A DNA stretch of 64,000 bases, taken from the NCBI GenBank assembly GCA_965209205.1, contig CBDBQC010000003.1, forward strand, positions 641,401 to 705,400, in the 5' to 3' direction. The translations under genes and the position numbers were made by a program. The stretch comes from Dehalococcoidia bacterium (GTDB lineage: Bacteria > Chloroflexota > Dehalococcoidia > Bin125). Every line of letters begins with the position of its first letter. Position 1 is the stretch's first letter. The notes below the pieces were generated by a model. That model ran no database searches. It saw only the letters and a program-made list of their open reading frames with translations, and was not told the DNA's origin. Positions 47,470 through 55,937 of the stretch are shown in pieces.

Positions 47470-49863
47470 TCAGGCTTTGCGCCGCTGGATGGCGAAGGCG
47501 GTGCCCCCCCACATGAAGCCGGTGCGCCCACCCTTGGGCCAGTTGACTTCGGCCTGGGTCAGCACCGTGGACGGGGCCTCGGTGATGAAGACGAGCCACG
47601 CTTGGCGCGCGTGCTCCAGCATCAGTTCCGCGGTCATCGCGCTGCGCCGTTCGGGATCGAGCTCGGCGCGCTGTGCGAGGTACAGCTCGTGCAGGGCGGG
47701 ATCCATGACTCCCTCGCCGCCGAGCTTCGTGAAGAAGGATTCGGGCCCGACGCAGCAATCCCACATCGATCCGATGTCGCGGACGATGTTGGCCCACATC
47801 CAATAGAGGCCCACCGGACGGTTCGGGCCGCCGATCACGTAGGCGTCGGAGAAGTAGTCGCCGACGAGGGCCGCCTCGTCGTGCGTGCGGATGCCGACCG
47901 CGGACAGGTCCTGCGCCACGGCCAGCGTGATGTCCGGCATGAACGCGCCGCCGAAGTCGGTCGTCCAGTACAGCGGGACGTCGAAGCCGTCCGCGTAGCC
48001 GGCCTCCGCCATCAACTGCCGGGCCAGCTCGGGGTCGTAGTTGTACTCGACTTCCGCCCGCTGCTCCGCGGTCGGGTAGCCGTACACGCCGCTGAACGTG
48101 AAGAGGGGATAGTGGCCCTGGCCGAGCAGGAGGTTGTCGATGATGGCTTGGCGGTTGATCGCGTGGTTCGCGGCCCGGCGGACGCGGAAGTCCAGGAACG
48201 GGTTCGGGCTGCCGTCCGGCATCGTCTGGGGGTACAGGTTGGGATAGATGACCTGGACGGTCGCCGAGATGGCGGGCTGGAACTGCACGGTGAAGTCGGG
48301 GTCGTCCAGGTACGGCTCCACGTTGTTGGGGCCCAGTCCGGGCACCACGTCGATCTCCCCGGCCTCGAGGCCGGCCAGCTGCGACTGGATCTCGGGCCGC
48401 ACCACGATCCGCTGGTGCTTGTGGTGGGCGTAGCGCGACACGACGACGGGATGGTCGACCGGGAGAAAGTGCTCCTCGAAGCGCTCGAAGACGAAGTCCG
48501 TGTCGTCTTCGTGGCTGACGAAGCGGAGGGGGCCGGTGCCCATCGGCTGCGTGTCCATCGCGAGGTCGCCGCGCGCCTCCGTGTCCGCTTGCGACATGAT
48601 GACGACCTCGCCGGTCCCGGCCAGGTTGACGACGAAGAAGCCGGCATCGGGCCCCGGCAACTCGAACGACCACGTGCGGTCGTCCACCGCCTCGTTGCGG
48701 ACCCAGTCTGCGGCGCTCCGGCCGATGTTCGAGGGGCTCCAGCCGCCGGGGTGATCGGTCGTCTCGCCGCCCTGGTGGTAGGCGGCCTTCCCGCCCATGC
48801 GGTCGTAGCTGAACACCAGGTCGTGGGCGGTGAGGATCGAGCCGTCGTGGAACGGCGCCGGCACCACCGACGCCACGATCGACGTGGGGTCGACCCACTC
48901 CGGCGCGGCGAGATGTGGGATCGCCGTGGCGGAGGCGGGTTCCCATTCCATGACCGCACTGAAGGCGGCGCCGTGCGAGTACTGGTTCCCCTTGCTGCCG
49001 AGCCGCATCTGATCCAGGCCCCCCGAATCGGAGGGGACCACCCCGACGATCGTGGCGTCCAGATCGATCTCGTCGAGCGGCCAGGGCACGGAGAAGTCTG
49101 CGGTCTCGCCCAGGACGCCGGCGACGCTTGCGGCGGCCTCCTGGGCCGCGGCTGCGGCCTCTTCAGCAGCGGCGACCGCCGCAGCGGCGGTCTCGGCCGC
49201 GGCCTCGGCGGTCTCCTGGGCCGTGGCGGCGGCCTGTCCGGCGGCGGCGGACGCCTCGGCGGCGGCTTCCGCGGCAGCGGCGGCCGCTGCGGCGGCCTCG
49301 TCGATGGCGGCCTGCGCGGCGGCCGCGGTGGCCGTCCCGGCCTCGACCGCGGCGGCCGCGTCGCGGGCGGCCTGGGCGGCGGCCTCGGCGGCCTGGGCGG
49401 CGGCGTCCGCGACGGCCGCGGCGGCCGCGTCGCCGGCCGCGGATGCGGCGGCGGCCGCGTCGGCGGCAGCCGCAGCCGCGGCTTCCGCGGCGGCGGCCGC
49501 GTTGGCGGCGTCCTCCGACTCGGCCGCTTCGGCGGCCAGGGCGGCGGCCGCATCGGCCGCGTCGGCGGCCTGTGAGGCGGCGGCGGACGCTTCGGACGCG
49601 GCGGCAGCCGCCTCAGCGGCGGCGTCCGCGGCGGCCTCGGTCTCGGCCGCGCGGGCCTCGCCGGCGGCGGTGGCCGCGGCGGCGGCATCTTCCGCGGCCG
49701 AGGCGGCCCGTTCGGCGGCGGCGACCCCGACGTCGTCGTCGTCGCCGCAGCCGACCAAGGCCAGGCCGGCCGCTCCAACCCCAGCCTTCGCGCTGGCTCC
49801 CAACATGGTGCGACGCGAGATCTTTCGCTGTCGCAGGGCGGTCCAATAGTTCAGGCGGCTCAT
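47470..49863 (-). CDS. ABC transporter substrate-binding lipoprotein (family 5, peptide/nickel type) with Tat-type signal and roughly 200-aa Ala/acidic spacer
   Basis: MSRLNYWTALRQRKISRRTMLGASAKAGVGAAGLALVGCG (twin-Arg plus lipobox LVGC), then the Ala-rich tract. The SBP_bac_5-like body follows, from PWPLDEIDL to the C-terminus. SD GGAAAGGA upstream of ATG 49863. Confidence 0.85.
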   Translation of the reverse strand: MSRLNYWTALRQRKISRRTMLGASAKAGVGAAGLALVGCGDDDDVGVAAAERAASAAEDAAAAATAAGEARAAETEAAADAAAEAAAAASEASAAASQAADAADAAAALAAEAAESEDAANAAAAAEAAAAAAADAAAAASAAGDAAAAAVADAAAQAAEAAAQAARDAAAAVEAGTATAAAAQAAIDEAAAAAAAAAEAAAEASAAAGQAAATAQETAEAAAETAAAAVAAAEEAAAAAQEAAASVAGVLGETADFSVPWPLDEIDLDATIVGVVPSDSGGLDQMRLGSKGNQYSHGAAFSAVMEWEPASATAIPHLAAPEWVDPTSIVASVVPAPFHDGSILTAHDLVFSYDRMGGKAAYHQGGETTDHPGGWSPSNIGRSAADWVRNEAVDDRTWSFELPGPDAGFFVVNLAGTGEVVIMSQADTEARGDLAMDTQPMGTGPLRFVSHEDDTDFVFERFEEHFLPVDHPVVVSRYAHHKHQRIVVRPEIQSQLAGLEAGEIDVVPGLGPNNVEPYLDDPDFTVQFQPAISATVQVIYPNLYPQTMPDGSPNPFLDFRVRRAANHAINRQAIIDNLLLGQGHYPLFTFSGVYGYPTAEQRAEVEYNYDPELARQLMAEAGYADGFDVPLYWTTDFGGAFMPDITLAVAQDLSAVGIRTHDEAALVGDYFSDAYVIGGPNRPVGLYWMWANIVRDIGSMWDCCVGPESFFTKLGGEGVMDPALHELYLAQRAELDPERRSAMTAELMLEHARQAWLVFITEAPSTVLTQAEVNWPKGGRTGFMWGGTAFAIQRRKA

Positions 49864-49949
49864 CGCACAGTCCTTTCCGATCCCCGGCTGTCCCATGTGG
49901 GAACGCTCGGAGCGAGAGCGCGTACAGTATGACATACCACAAAGAGAGT

Positions 49950-49962
49950 CCCCCCCCCCCCC
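49950..49962. repeat. homopolymer C13 (G13 on the coding strand of the SBP gene), 87 nt upstream of its start codon
   Basis: Counted directly: gtc cccccccccc cc g. Confidence 0.9.
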
Positions 49963-50094
49963 GCTATGTCAAATAAGACGGAAATTGTGGGGTTGCCCAC
50001 CGAATCTATCGGCTTCGGGCGTCGTGGGACGCCCCCCTGTGTCACTCGAGGGGCTCCGGCGTGCGATCGCGAGGGGGAACCCCGCCGTTCCGGT

Positions 50095-50171
50095 CCCCCT
50101 CTCCAGCGTCCAGATGGAGAGCCCCAGGCGCGCGGCCGCACGCCGTCATATCCGAAGTCAGGGGGTGAGGT
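50095..50171. repeat. second, diverged copy of the CCCCCTCTCCA...TGGAGAG...AGGGGGTGAGGT element, abutting the glycerate kinase stop
   Basis: Shares CCCCCTCTCCA, ATGGAGAG and CAGGGGGTGAGGT in the same order and orientation as 47414-47460. Confidence 0.7.
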
Positions 50172-51310
50172 CAGCCCACCCCGGCGCCCCGCCAGCGGCG
50201 CAGCAGGCGCTCGCTGGCGGCGGCCAGCAGGACGGCCGCCCGGGCCATCGCCTCGGCATCGCCGACGTCCGCTCCCGCGGCGGCCTCGACATCGAGCAGG
50301 CCGGGGATCGCGCGGACCGCGTCGCCGTCGCGGATGCGGCCGCCCACCGCCAGACACGGCACGCCCGCGGCGGCCGCCCGGCCGGCGACGCCCGCCACCG
50401 TCTTGCCGAACGCCGACTGGCGATCCAGCGACCCCTCCCCGCTCAGCACGACGTCGGCCCCGGCCAGCCGCTCGTCGAGGCGCACGGCGGTCGCGATGGC
50501 CTCGATGCCGGGCTCGATGCGCGCGCCGGCGAAGGCGATCAGCCCCGCGCCCAGCCCCCCGGCCGCGCCGCCGCCGGGCAGCGTGACGATGTCGGCGCCC
50601 ACGTCGCGGGCGACGATGTCGGCGAAGTGCGTGAGCGCGCGGTCCAGCTCCGCGATCGTCGGCGCGTCGGCGCCCTTCTGCGGGCCGTAGACCGCGCTGG
50701 CGCCGTCGGGCCCGGTGAGCGGGTTGCGCACGTCGGCCAGGACGCGCACCTCGACGGCCGCGAGTCGCGGGTCGAGGCCGCTCACATCGATGCGCGCGAG
50801 GCGGGCCAGCGCCGCCCCGCCGGGCGCGATCGGGCGGCCGGCGTCGTCGAGGAAGCGGGCGCCCAGGGCCGTCGCCATGCCCGCGCCGCCGTCGTTCGTG
50901 GCGCTGCCGCCGACGCCCACCAGCAGCCGCGACACCCCGGCGTCGAGCGCGGCGCCGATCAGCTCGCCGACGCCGATCGTCGAGGCGCGGCGCGGATCCA
51001 GCCGGCCCGGCGGGACGAGCAGCAGCCCCGAGGCGGCGGCCATCTCGATGATGGCCGTGCGGCCGTCGTCGATGCGGCCCCAGCGGGCGGTCACGGGGTC
51101 GCCCAGCGGGCCCTCGACGCGTGCGTGGGAGTAGCGGCCGCGGGCGGCCGTGACCACGGCCTCGACGGTGCCGGGCCCGCCGTCGGCGAGCGGCACGGCG
51201 TCGGTGCGGGCGCCGGGCAGGGCGCGCAGCGCGCCGGCGCGCATGGCGGCCGCGGCCTCGGCGGCCGTCAGGCTGCCCTTGAACTCCTGGGGGGCCACGA
51301 CGATGCGCAT
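50171..51310 (-). CDS. glycerate kinase
   Basis: MRIVVAPQEFKGSLTAAEAAAAM..., ADGGPGT, GEGSLDRQSAFGK. Confidence 0.9.
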   Translation of the reverse strand: MRIVVAPQEFKGSLTAAEAAAAMRAGALRALPGARTDAVPLADGGPGTVEAVVTAARGRYSHARVEGPLGDPVTARWGRIDDGRTAIIEMAAASGLLLVPPGRLDPRRASTIGVGELIGAALDAGVSRLLVGVGGSATNDGGAGMATALGARFLDDAGRPIAPGGAALARLARIDVSGLDPRLAAVEVRVLADVRNPLTGPDGASAVYGPQKGADAPTIAELDRALTHFADIVARDVGADIVTLPGGGAAGGLGAGLIAFAGARIEPGIEAIATAVRLDERLAGADVVLSGEGSLDRQSAFGKTVAGVAGRAAAAGVPCLAVGGRIRDGDAVRAIPGLLDVEAAAGADVGDAEAMARAAVLLAAASERLLRRWRGAGVG

Positions 51311-51329
51311 CGCCGTCAGGATACGACGG

Positions 51330-51506
51330 CTACGGGAAGTCGAAGATGCGGCCCGCGGCGATGAGGGTCACGGCCACGGCCCACAGCAGCCCGGCCAGGC
51401 GGATGCGCTTGTAGACGTGGATCACGCCCGCCGTGGGCAGCACGCCCATGGCGTACATGCCGCCCAGCACGATGAAGATCACCAGCAGGCCCTCGAAGCC
51501 GCTCAC
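51330..51506 (-). CDS. candidate small membrane protein (58 aa, VSGFEGLLVIFIVLGGMYAMGVLPTAGVIHVYKRIRLAGLLWAVAVTLIAAGRIFDFP)
   Basis: Hand translation, below the ORF-track cutoff. Two hydrophobic helices and G/C-ending codons. GTG start with GGAG upstream. Confidence 0.35.
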   Translation of the reverse strand: MSGFEGLLVIFIVLGGMYAMGVLPTAGVIHVYKRIRLAGLLWAVAVTLIAAGRIFDFP

Positions 51507-51624
51507 GACCGCTCCGCCTCGCTGCGCCGGACCGGGTCCCGATCCCCGCCCGCCGCCGCATCGTACGCAGCGGGCATCGCTCCAGGCCAGCGGGGCCGGC
51601 GCCCCGGTGTCGCGGACGGCGGCC

Positions 51625-51852
51625 CTAGGCGGCGCGGCGCAGCCCGCAGACCACGCAGGTGAGGAAGCCCTCGCCCCGCGCGACGGGGCCCCGGCAGTTG
51701 GCGCAGAAGCGCGGCGCCGGGCGTCGCCGCGGCATCGCGGGTCGGATGCGGCGGCGTGGGTTGGGGGTCGCGTGGGTCGTGGCCGGTGTGGTGGCCGGCG
51801 TGCCCGGCAGGGCCAGCGGCACCTGGATACCGCGCGTCATCGTGATCGGCAT
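51625..51852 (-). CDS. candidate small zinc-ribbon protein (75 aa)
   Basis: Strong SD GAGAGGAG 5 nt upstream of the ATG. C-terminal CANCRGPVARGEGFLTCVVCG (CxxC-x12-CxxC). Confidence 0.45.
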   Translation of the reverse strand: MPITMTRGIQVPLALPGTPATTPATTHATPNPRRRIRPAMPRRRPAPRFCANCRGPVARGEGFLTCVVCGLRRAA

Positions 51853-51918
51853 GGCGACTCCTCTCGCGGGGAGCGTAGCACATGCGTTCTAGGAATGGGA
51901 ACACGGCGGCGCGGGGCG

Positions 51919-52041
51919 TCAGGCGGACCGCTCGAGCCAATCGAGCAACTCGCGCACCTTCTCGGTGAGCATCTGCATGTGCGCGCGGTCGGCCGCGAGC
52001 AGCACGCCCATGAACAGAATTGCGATGCCGATCTCCGCCAT
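51919..52041 (-). CDS. candidate 40-aa membrane peptide (MAEIGIAILFMGVLLAADRAHMQMLTEKVRELLDWLERSA)
   Basis: TATGAT lies 7 nt upstream of the ATG, so the mRNA may be leaderless. One TM helix. Weak evidence. Confidence 0.2.
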   Translation of the reverse strand: MAEIGIAILFMGVLLAADRAHMQMLTEKVRELLDWLERSA

Positions 52042-52091
52042 GCGTCGATCATAGCGGGTCGCGGCGCCCGGTGGGACGTAGGATTGGCGGC

Positions 52092-53453
52092 ATGACGGAT
52101 CGACCGCCGGACGCCGCATCGCCCGGCCGCCCGCTGGTGGGCGTGCTGACGCTGGGCTGCAAGCTCAACCAGGCCGAGAGCCAGGCCTGGGGCCGGACGC
52201 TGCGCGCGGCCGGCTGCGAGGTCGTCGACCGGCCCGTCGCGGCCGACGGCTACCTGCTCAACACCTGCTCGGTGACGCACGTCGCCGACCGCAAGGCGCG
52301 GCGCCTGATCCGCGCCGCGAAGCGGCTGGCGCCGTCGGCGCCGGTGGTCGTGACGGGCTGCTACGCTGAGTGGGCGGGGCCGGCGCTGGCGCGCGAGACG
52401 GGCGCCGACGTCGTGCTGCCCAACCGCGACAAGGCGCGCGCTCCGGCGGCGCTGCTGGCGGCGCTGCCGCCGGCGCGCGCCATGCCCGGCCGGGGCGACG
52501 GGCCGGGCATGGCGGCGCCGGGGCGCACGCGGGCCTTCATCAAGATCCAGGAGGGCTGCGACGACGTCTGCGCCTTCTGCATCGTGCCGGCGGTGCGCGG
52601 CCGCGAGCGGGCGCGGCCGATCGCGGAGATCGTGCGCGAGGCCCAGGCGGCGGAGTCGCGTGGGACGCTGGAGGTCGTGCTGACGGGCACCCAGCCGGGG
52701 GCCTACGGCCGTGATCGCGACGACCACGCGGCGACGCCGGACGGGGCGCCCGGCACGAACGCCGCGGCGCTGCTGGCGGCGCTGCTCTCGGCGACGACGC
52801 TGCCCCGCATCCGCTACTCGTCGATCCAGCCGCAGGACGTGACGCCGGCGCTGCTGTCGCAGTGGGAGGACGCGCGGCTCTGCCGCCACTTCCACTTGGC
52901 CCTGCAGAGCGGCGCCGACCCGGTGCTGTGTCGCATGCGGCGCCGCTACACGGCCGGCGGCTACCTGCGCGCGCTGGAGCAGATCCGCGCGGCGGCGCCC
53001 GGCGTCGCGATCACGGCCGACGTGATCGTGGGCTTCCCGGGCGAGAGCGCGGACGAATTCGCCGCGACGCTCGCCGTCTGCCGCGAGGCCGGCTTCGCCG
53101 ATGTGCACGTCTTCCCCTACTCGCCGCGGCCCCGCACCAGCGGCGCCGCACTGCCCGACGACGTGCCGCCGCAGGTCAAGCGCGAGCGACTGCAGGCGGT
53201 GGAGGCGGTCGTGGCGGAGAGCCGTGCGGCGTTCCGCGCGGGGCTCGCGGGTAGCGTCGCGGCGGTGCTGATCGAGTCCCGGCGCGGCGACGTCTGGCGG
53301 GGCCTGACCGACAGCTACGTGCCGGTCGAAGTCGCGGCCCCGGGGGGCGGCCCCGACCTCGCGAACCGGCTGCTGCCGCTGCGCCTCGGCCAGGCGTCGC
53401 GGGCCGGAGAGGGCGGCGCGGCTGGAGCCGTCGCGGGGTGGCTGCTAGGGTGA
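52092..53453 (+). CDS. mtaB: MiaB-like radical SAM methylthiotransferase, MtaB-like
   Basis: VGVLTLGCKLNQAESQ, YLLNTCSVT, and radical SAM cluster IQEGCDDVCAFCIVP. Confidence 0.85.
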   Translation: MTDRPPDAASPGRPLVGVLTLGCKLNQAESQAWGRTLRAAGCEVVDRPVAADGYLLNTCSVTHVADRKARRLIRAAKRLAPSAPVVVTGCYAEWAGPALARETGADVVLPNRDKARAPAALLAALPPARAMPGRGDGPGMAAPGRTRAFIKIQEGCDDVCAFCIVPAVRGRERARPIAEIVREAQAAESRGTLEVVLTGTQPGAYGRDRDDHAATPDGAPGTNAAALLAALLSATTLPRIRYSSIQPQDVTPALLSQWEDARLCRHFHLALQSGADPVLCRMRRRYTAGGYLRALEQIRAAAPGVAITADVIVGFPGESADEFAATLAVCREAGFADVHVFPYSPRPRTSGAALPDDVPPQVKRERLQAVEAVVAESRAAFRAGLAGSVAAVLIESRRGDVWRGLTDSYVPVEVAAPGGGPDLANRLLPLRLGQASRAGEGGAAGAVAGWLLG

Positions 53454-53480
53454 TCGGGCTCGCTTTGGTGGCGGCCGAGG

Positions 53481-54263
53481 ATGACCGACATGGAAACCGG
53501 ACCCGCCTCCGGCGCGTCCGCCGTCGCCTCCCCGGCGGCGCCGACGCCCGCCCCGCCCCCATCGACCGTGCCCAGCGCGACTCCCCCGGACTACCTGCTG
53601 CGTGACGCCGCGCCCACGGCCACGCCGGCGGTGCTCGCCCTCGTGGAGGGCGGCGCGCCCGAGCCGGCGCGCAACCTGCCCGCGATCATCGAATCGTTGC
53701 TCTTCGCCGCCGACGAGCCGCCGACGGTGTCGCAGATCGCGAGCGCCGCCAGCGTCTCCCGCGACGCCGTCGAGGGGGCGCTCGACGAGCTCGGCGCCAC
53801 GACCCAGACGCGCGGCCTGCGGCTGCAACGCAGCGGCCAGACCGTGCGGCTCGTGACCGCGGTCGAGGCGGCGCCGTCGATCCGCCGCCTGCTGGGGCTG
53901 GAACGGCCTAACAAGCTCTCCAAGGCGGCGCTCGAGACGCTGGCCATCATCGCCTACCAGCAGCCCGTCACGCGGGGCGCGATCGAGCGGCTGCGCGGCG
54001 TCTGCTGCGACGGGCCCATGGCGACGCTGCGCCGGCGCGAACTGGTCGCGTCCGTGGGGCAGTCGGCCGCCCCCGGCCGCCCGCACCTTTGGGCGACGAC
54101 GCCGGCCTTCCTCGATCACTTCGGCCTGCGCGACCTGGGGGAACTGCCGCCGCTGCCCGGGCTGGCCGGCCCGGCGGCGCAAGCGGCGCTGCCCCTGGCG
54201 GCCGCCGCCGAGTCATCGCCCGCCGCGGGCGCGGACGGCCAGGCCGCAGCGGGCGGCGCCTAG
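53481..54263 (+). CDS. scpB: segregation and condensation protein B
   Basis: IIESLLFAADEPPTVSQIA..., LSKAALETLAIIAYQQPVTRGAIERLRGV. Confidence 0.9.
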   Translation: MTDMETGPASGASAVASPAAPTPAPPPSTVPSATPPDYLLRDAAPTATPAVLALVEGGAPEPARNLPAIIESLLFAADEPPTVSQIASAASVSRDAVEGALDELGATTQTRGLRLQRSGQTVRLVTAVEAAPSIRRLLGLERPNKLSKAALETLAIIAYQQPVTRGAIERLRGVCCDGPMATLRRRELVASVGQSAAPGRPHLWATTPAFLDHFGLRDLGELPPLPGLAGPAAQAALPLAAAAESSPAAGADGQAAAGGA

Positions 54264-54289
54264 CGCGGCGCGCGGGCCGGGGCGCCGCG

Positions 54290-54583
54290 ATGTTCGTCGC
54301 CTGCCTGCGGCTGACGCTGGCCCAGCCCGAGAACGACTCGCTCAAGGGCAAGCGCGCCGTCGTGCGGCGCCTGCGCGACCGGGTGCGGCAGCGCTTCCCG
54401 GTCGCGGTGGCCGAGGTCGAGACTCTCGACGACCGCCGCCGGATCACGATCGGCATCGCCTGCGTCACGACCGACGCCGCCCACGGCCACGCCGTGCTGA
54501 TGTCGATCCGGGACTTCGTCGAGGGTCTCGGGCTCGACGCGGAGTTGCGCGATGTGGAGACGGAGATCGTGCAGGCGTTCTGA
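54290..54583 (+). CDS. DUF503 (YlxP-like) protein
   Basis: MFVACLRLTLAQPENDSLKGKRAVVRRLRDRVRQRFPVAVAEVE, typical DUF503. Confidence 0.8.
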   Translation: MFVACLRLTLAQPENDSLKGKRAVVRRLRDRVRQRFPVAVAEVETLDDRRRITIGIACVTTDAAHGHAVLMSIRDFVEGLGLDAELRDVETEIVQAF

Positions 54584-54614
54584 CCCCCCTGCGCCCACAG
54601 CGCCGGGGCCGGAG

Positions 54615-55937
54615 TCAGACCGGCATCAGCAGCAGCGTGTCGCTGCCGACGGGCTCGGCGACGAGGTCGTGCGCCAGCGCGCCCGTGATGCGCACCGTGG
54701 GCATCGACCCGGGCCGCGCCACGCCCCGGCAGAAGACGAACCCGTCGACCTCCGGCGCGTCGCGGTAGGAACGGCCGACGAAGATGGGGCTGCCGTCCTC
54801 GGCCGTTTGGCCGTCCATCGACTCGACCAGCACGGGCAGCTCCCGTCCCACCTGGGCCTCGCCGATCGCGGCGGAGATGCGCGACTGCACGCTCATCAGC
54901 CGCCGGTAGCGGCGCTCCATCAGGCGCTGGGGCACTCGGTCCGGCAGGCTCGCCGCGGGCGTGCCGGCCTGCGGCGAATAGGTGAACGCGCCGATGCGGT
55001 CGAAGCGGCCGGCGCGGACGAAGTCGAGCAACTCTTCGAACTCGGCCTTGGTCTCGCCCGGGAAGCCCACGATGAAGGTCGAGCGGATGGCGATGTCGGG
55101 CATCGCCGTGCGCAGGCGATCGAGGGTGTCGTGCACCATGGCCAGATTGTGGGGGCGCTTCATGCGTCGCAGCACCGAGGCGCTGCCGTGCTGCAGCGGG
55201 ATATCGAGGTAGTGGCAGACCTGCGGGATGGCCGCCATCGTCTCGACGAGCGCCGGGGTGACGAAGCCGGGGTAGGCGTACATCAGGCGGATCCAGGCCA
55301 GGCCGGGGGCCTCGCTCGCGAGGCGTTCGAGCAGCCGCGGCAACCCCTCGCGCAGGCCGATGTCGTCGCCGTAGGCGGTCGAGTCCTGCGCGACGAGCAC
55401 CAGCTCCCGGACGCCCGCGTCGGCGAGCCGCCGCGCCTCCAGGACCAGCGCGTCGATGGGGGCGCTGCGGAAGGCGCGCCCCTTGATGCCGGGGATGTTG
55501 CAGAACGTGCAGGGGCGCGCACAGCCGTCGGAGATCTTCAGGTAGGCGCTGGCCCGCGGCGCGACGCCGGCCGGCCCCGTCTCGGGGATGTCGCCGGGCG
55601 TGCCGGGCCCCAGCGACTCGACGATCGCGTCCCAGGCCTCGATGCCGAACGTCGCGTCGACGCCGGCGTGCTCGCGGCGGATGCGCGGCGCCTCGATCTG
55701 GGCCCAGCAGCCGACGACGAGCAGTCGCTGGTCGGGGCGCTTGTCGCGCTCGATGTCCGCCACCGCGGCGGCAGATTCCTCCTTGGCCGCGTCGATGAAG
55801 CCGCAGGTGTTGACGATCAGCACGTCGGCGGCGTCGGCGGCGCCGGGGCGATGCCCGGCGCGGCTGAGGGCGCGCACGAGTTGCTCGGAGTCGGTCGTGT
55901 TCTTGGGGCAGCCCAGGGTGCGTAGGTGGTAGCGCAT
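54615..55937 (-). CDS. rimO: ribosomal protein S12 methylthiotransferase RimO
   Basis: LRTLGCPKNTTDSE, IVNTCGFI, KISDGCARPCTFCNIP, and a TRAM-like C-terminus. ATG 55937 lies within the longer track ORF. Confidence 0.92.
   Translation of the reverse strand: MRYHLRTLGCPKNTTDSEQLVRALSRAGHRPGAADAADVLIVNTCGFIDAAKEESAAAVADIERDKRPDQRLLVVGCWAQIEAPRIRREHAGVDATFGIEAWDAIVESLGPGTPGDIPETGPAGVAPRASAYLKISDGCARPCTFCNIPGIKGRAFRSAPIDALVLEARRLADAGVRELVLVAQDSTAYGDDIGLREGLPRLLERLASEAPGLAWIRLMYAYPGFVTPALVETMAAIPQVCHYLDIPLQHGSASVLRRMKRPHNLAMVHDTLDRLRTAMPDIAIRSTFIVGFPGETKAEFEELLDFVRAGRFDRIGAFTYSPQAGTPAASLPDRVPQRLMERRYRRLMSVQSRISAAIGEAQVGRELPVLVESMDGQTAEDGSPIFVGRSYRDAPEVDGFVFCRGVARPGSMPTVRITGALAHDLVAEPVGSDTLLLMPV

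Noticed and set aside
47602-49976. Several long plus- and minus-strand ORFs (657, 588, 265, 282 aa) overlapping the SBP gene.
   Set aside because: They are alternative frames of the GCN/GGC-rich Ala tract and the SBP body, giving poly-Ala/Arg/Pro/Gly translations. The SBP frame alone has a signal peptide, an SD and family homology.
51316-51561. 81-aa minus-strand track ORF (MRRRAGIGTRSGAARR...).
   Set aside because: It is an Arg/Gly-rich nonsense frame. The overlapping 58-aa hydrophobic frame with a GTG start is the more plausible reading.
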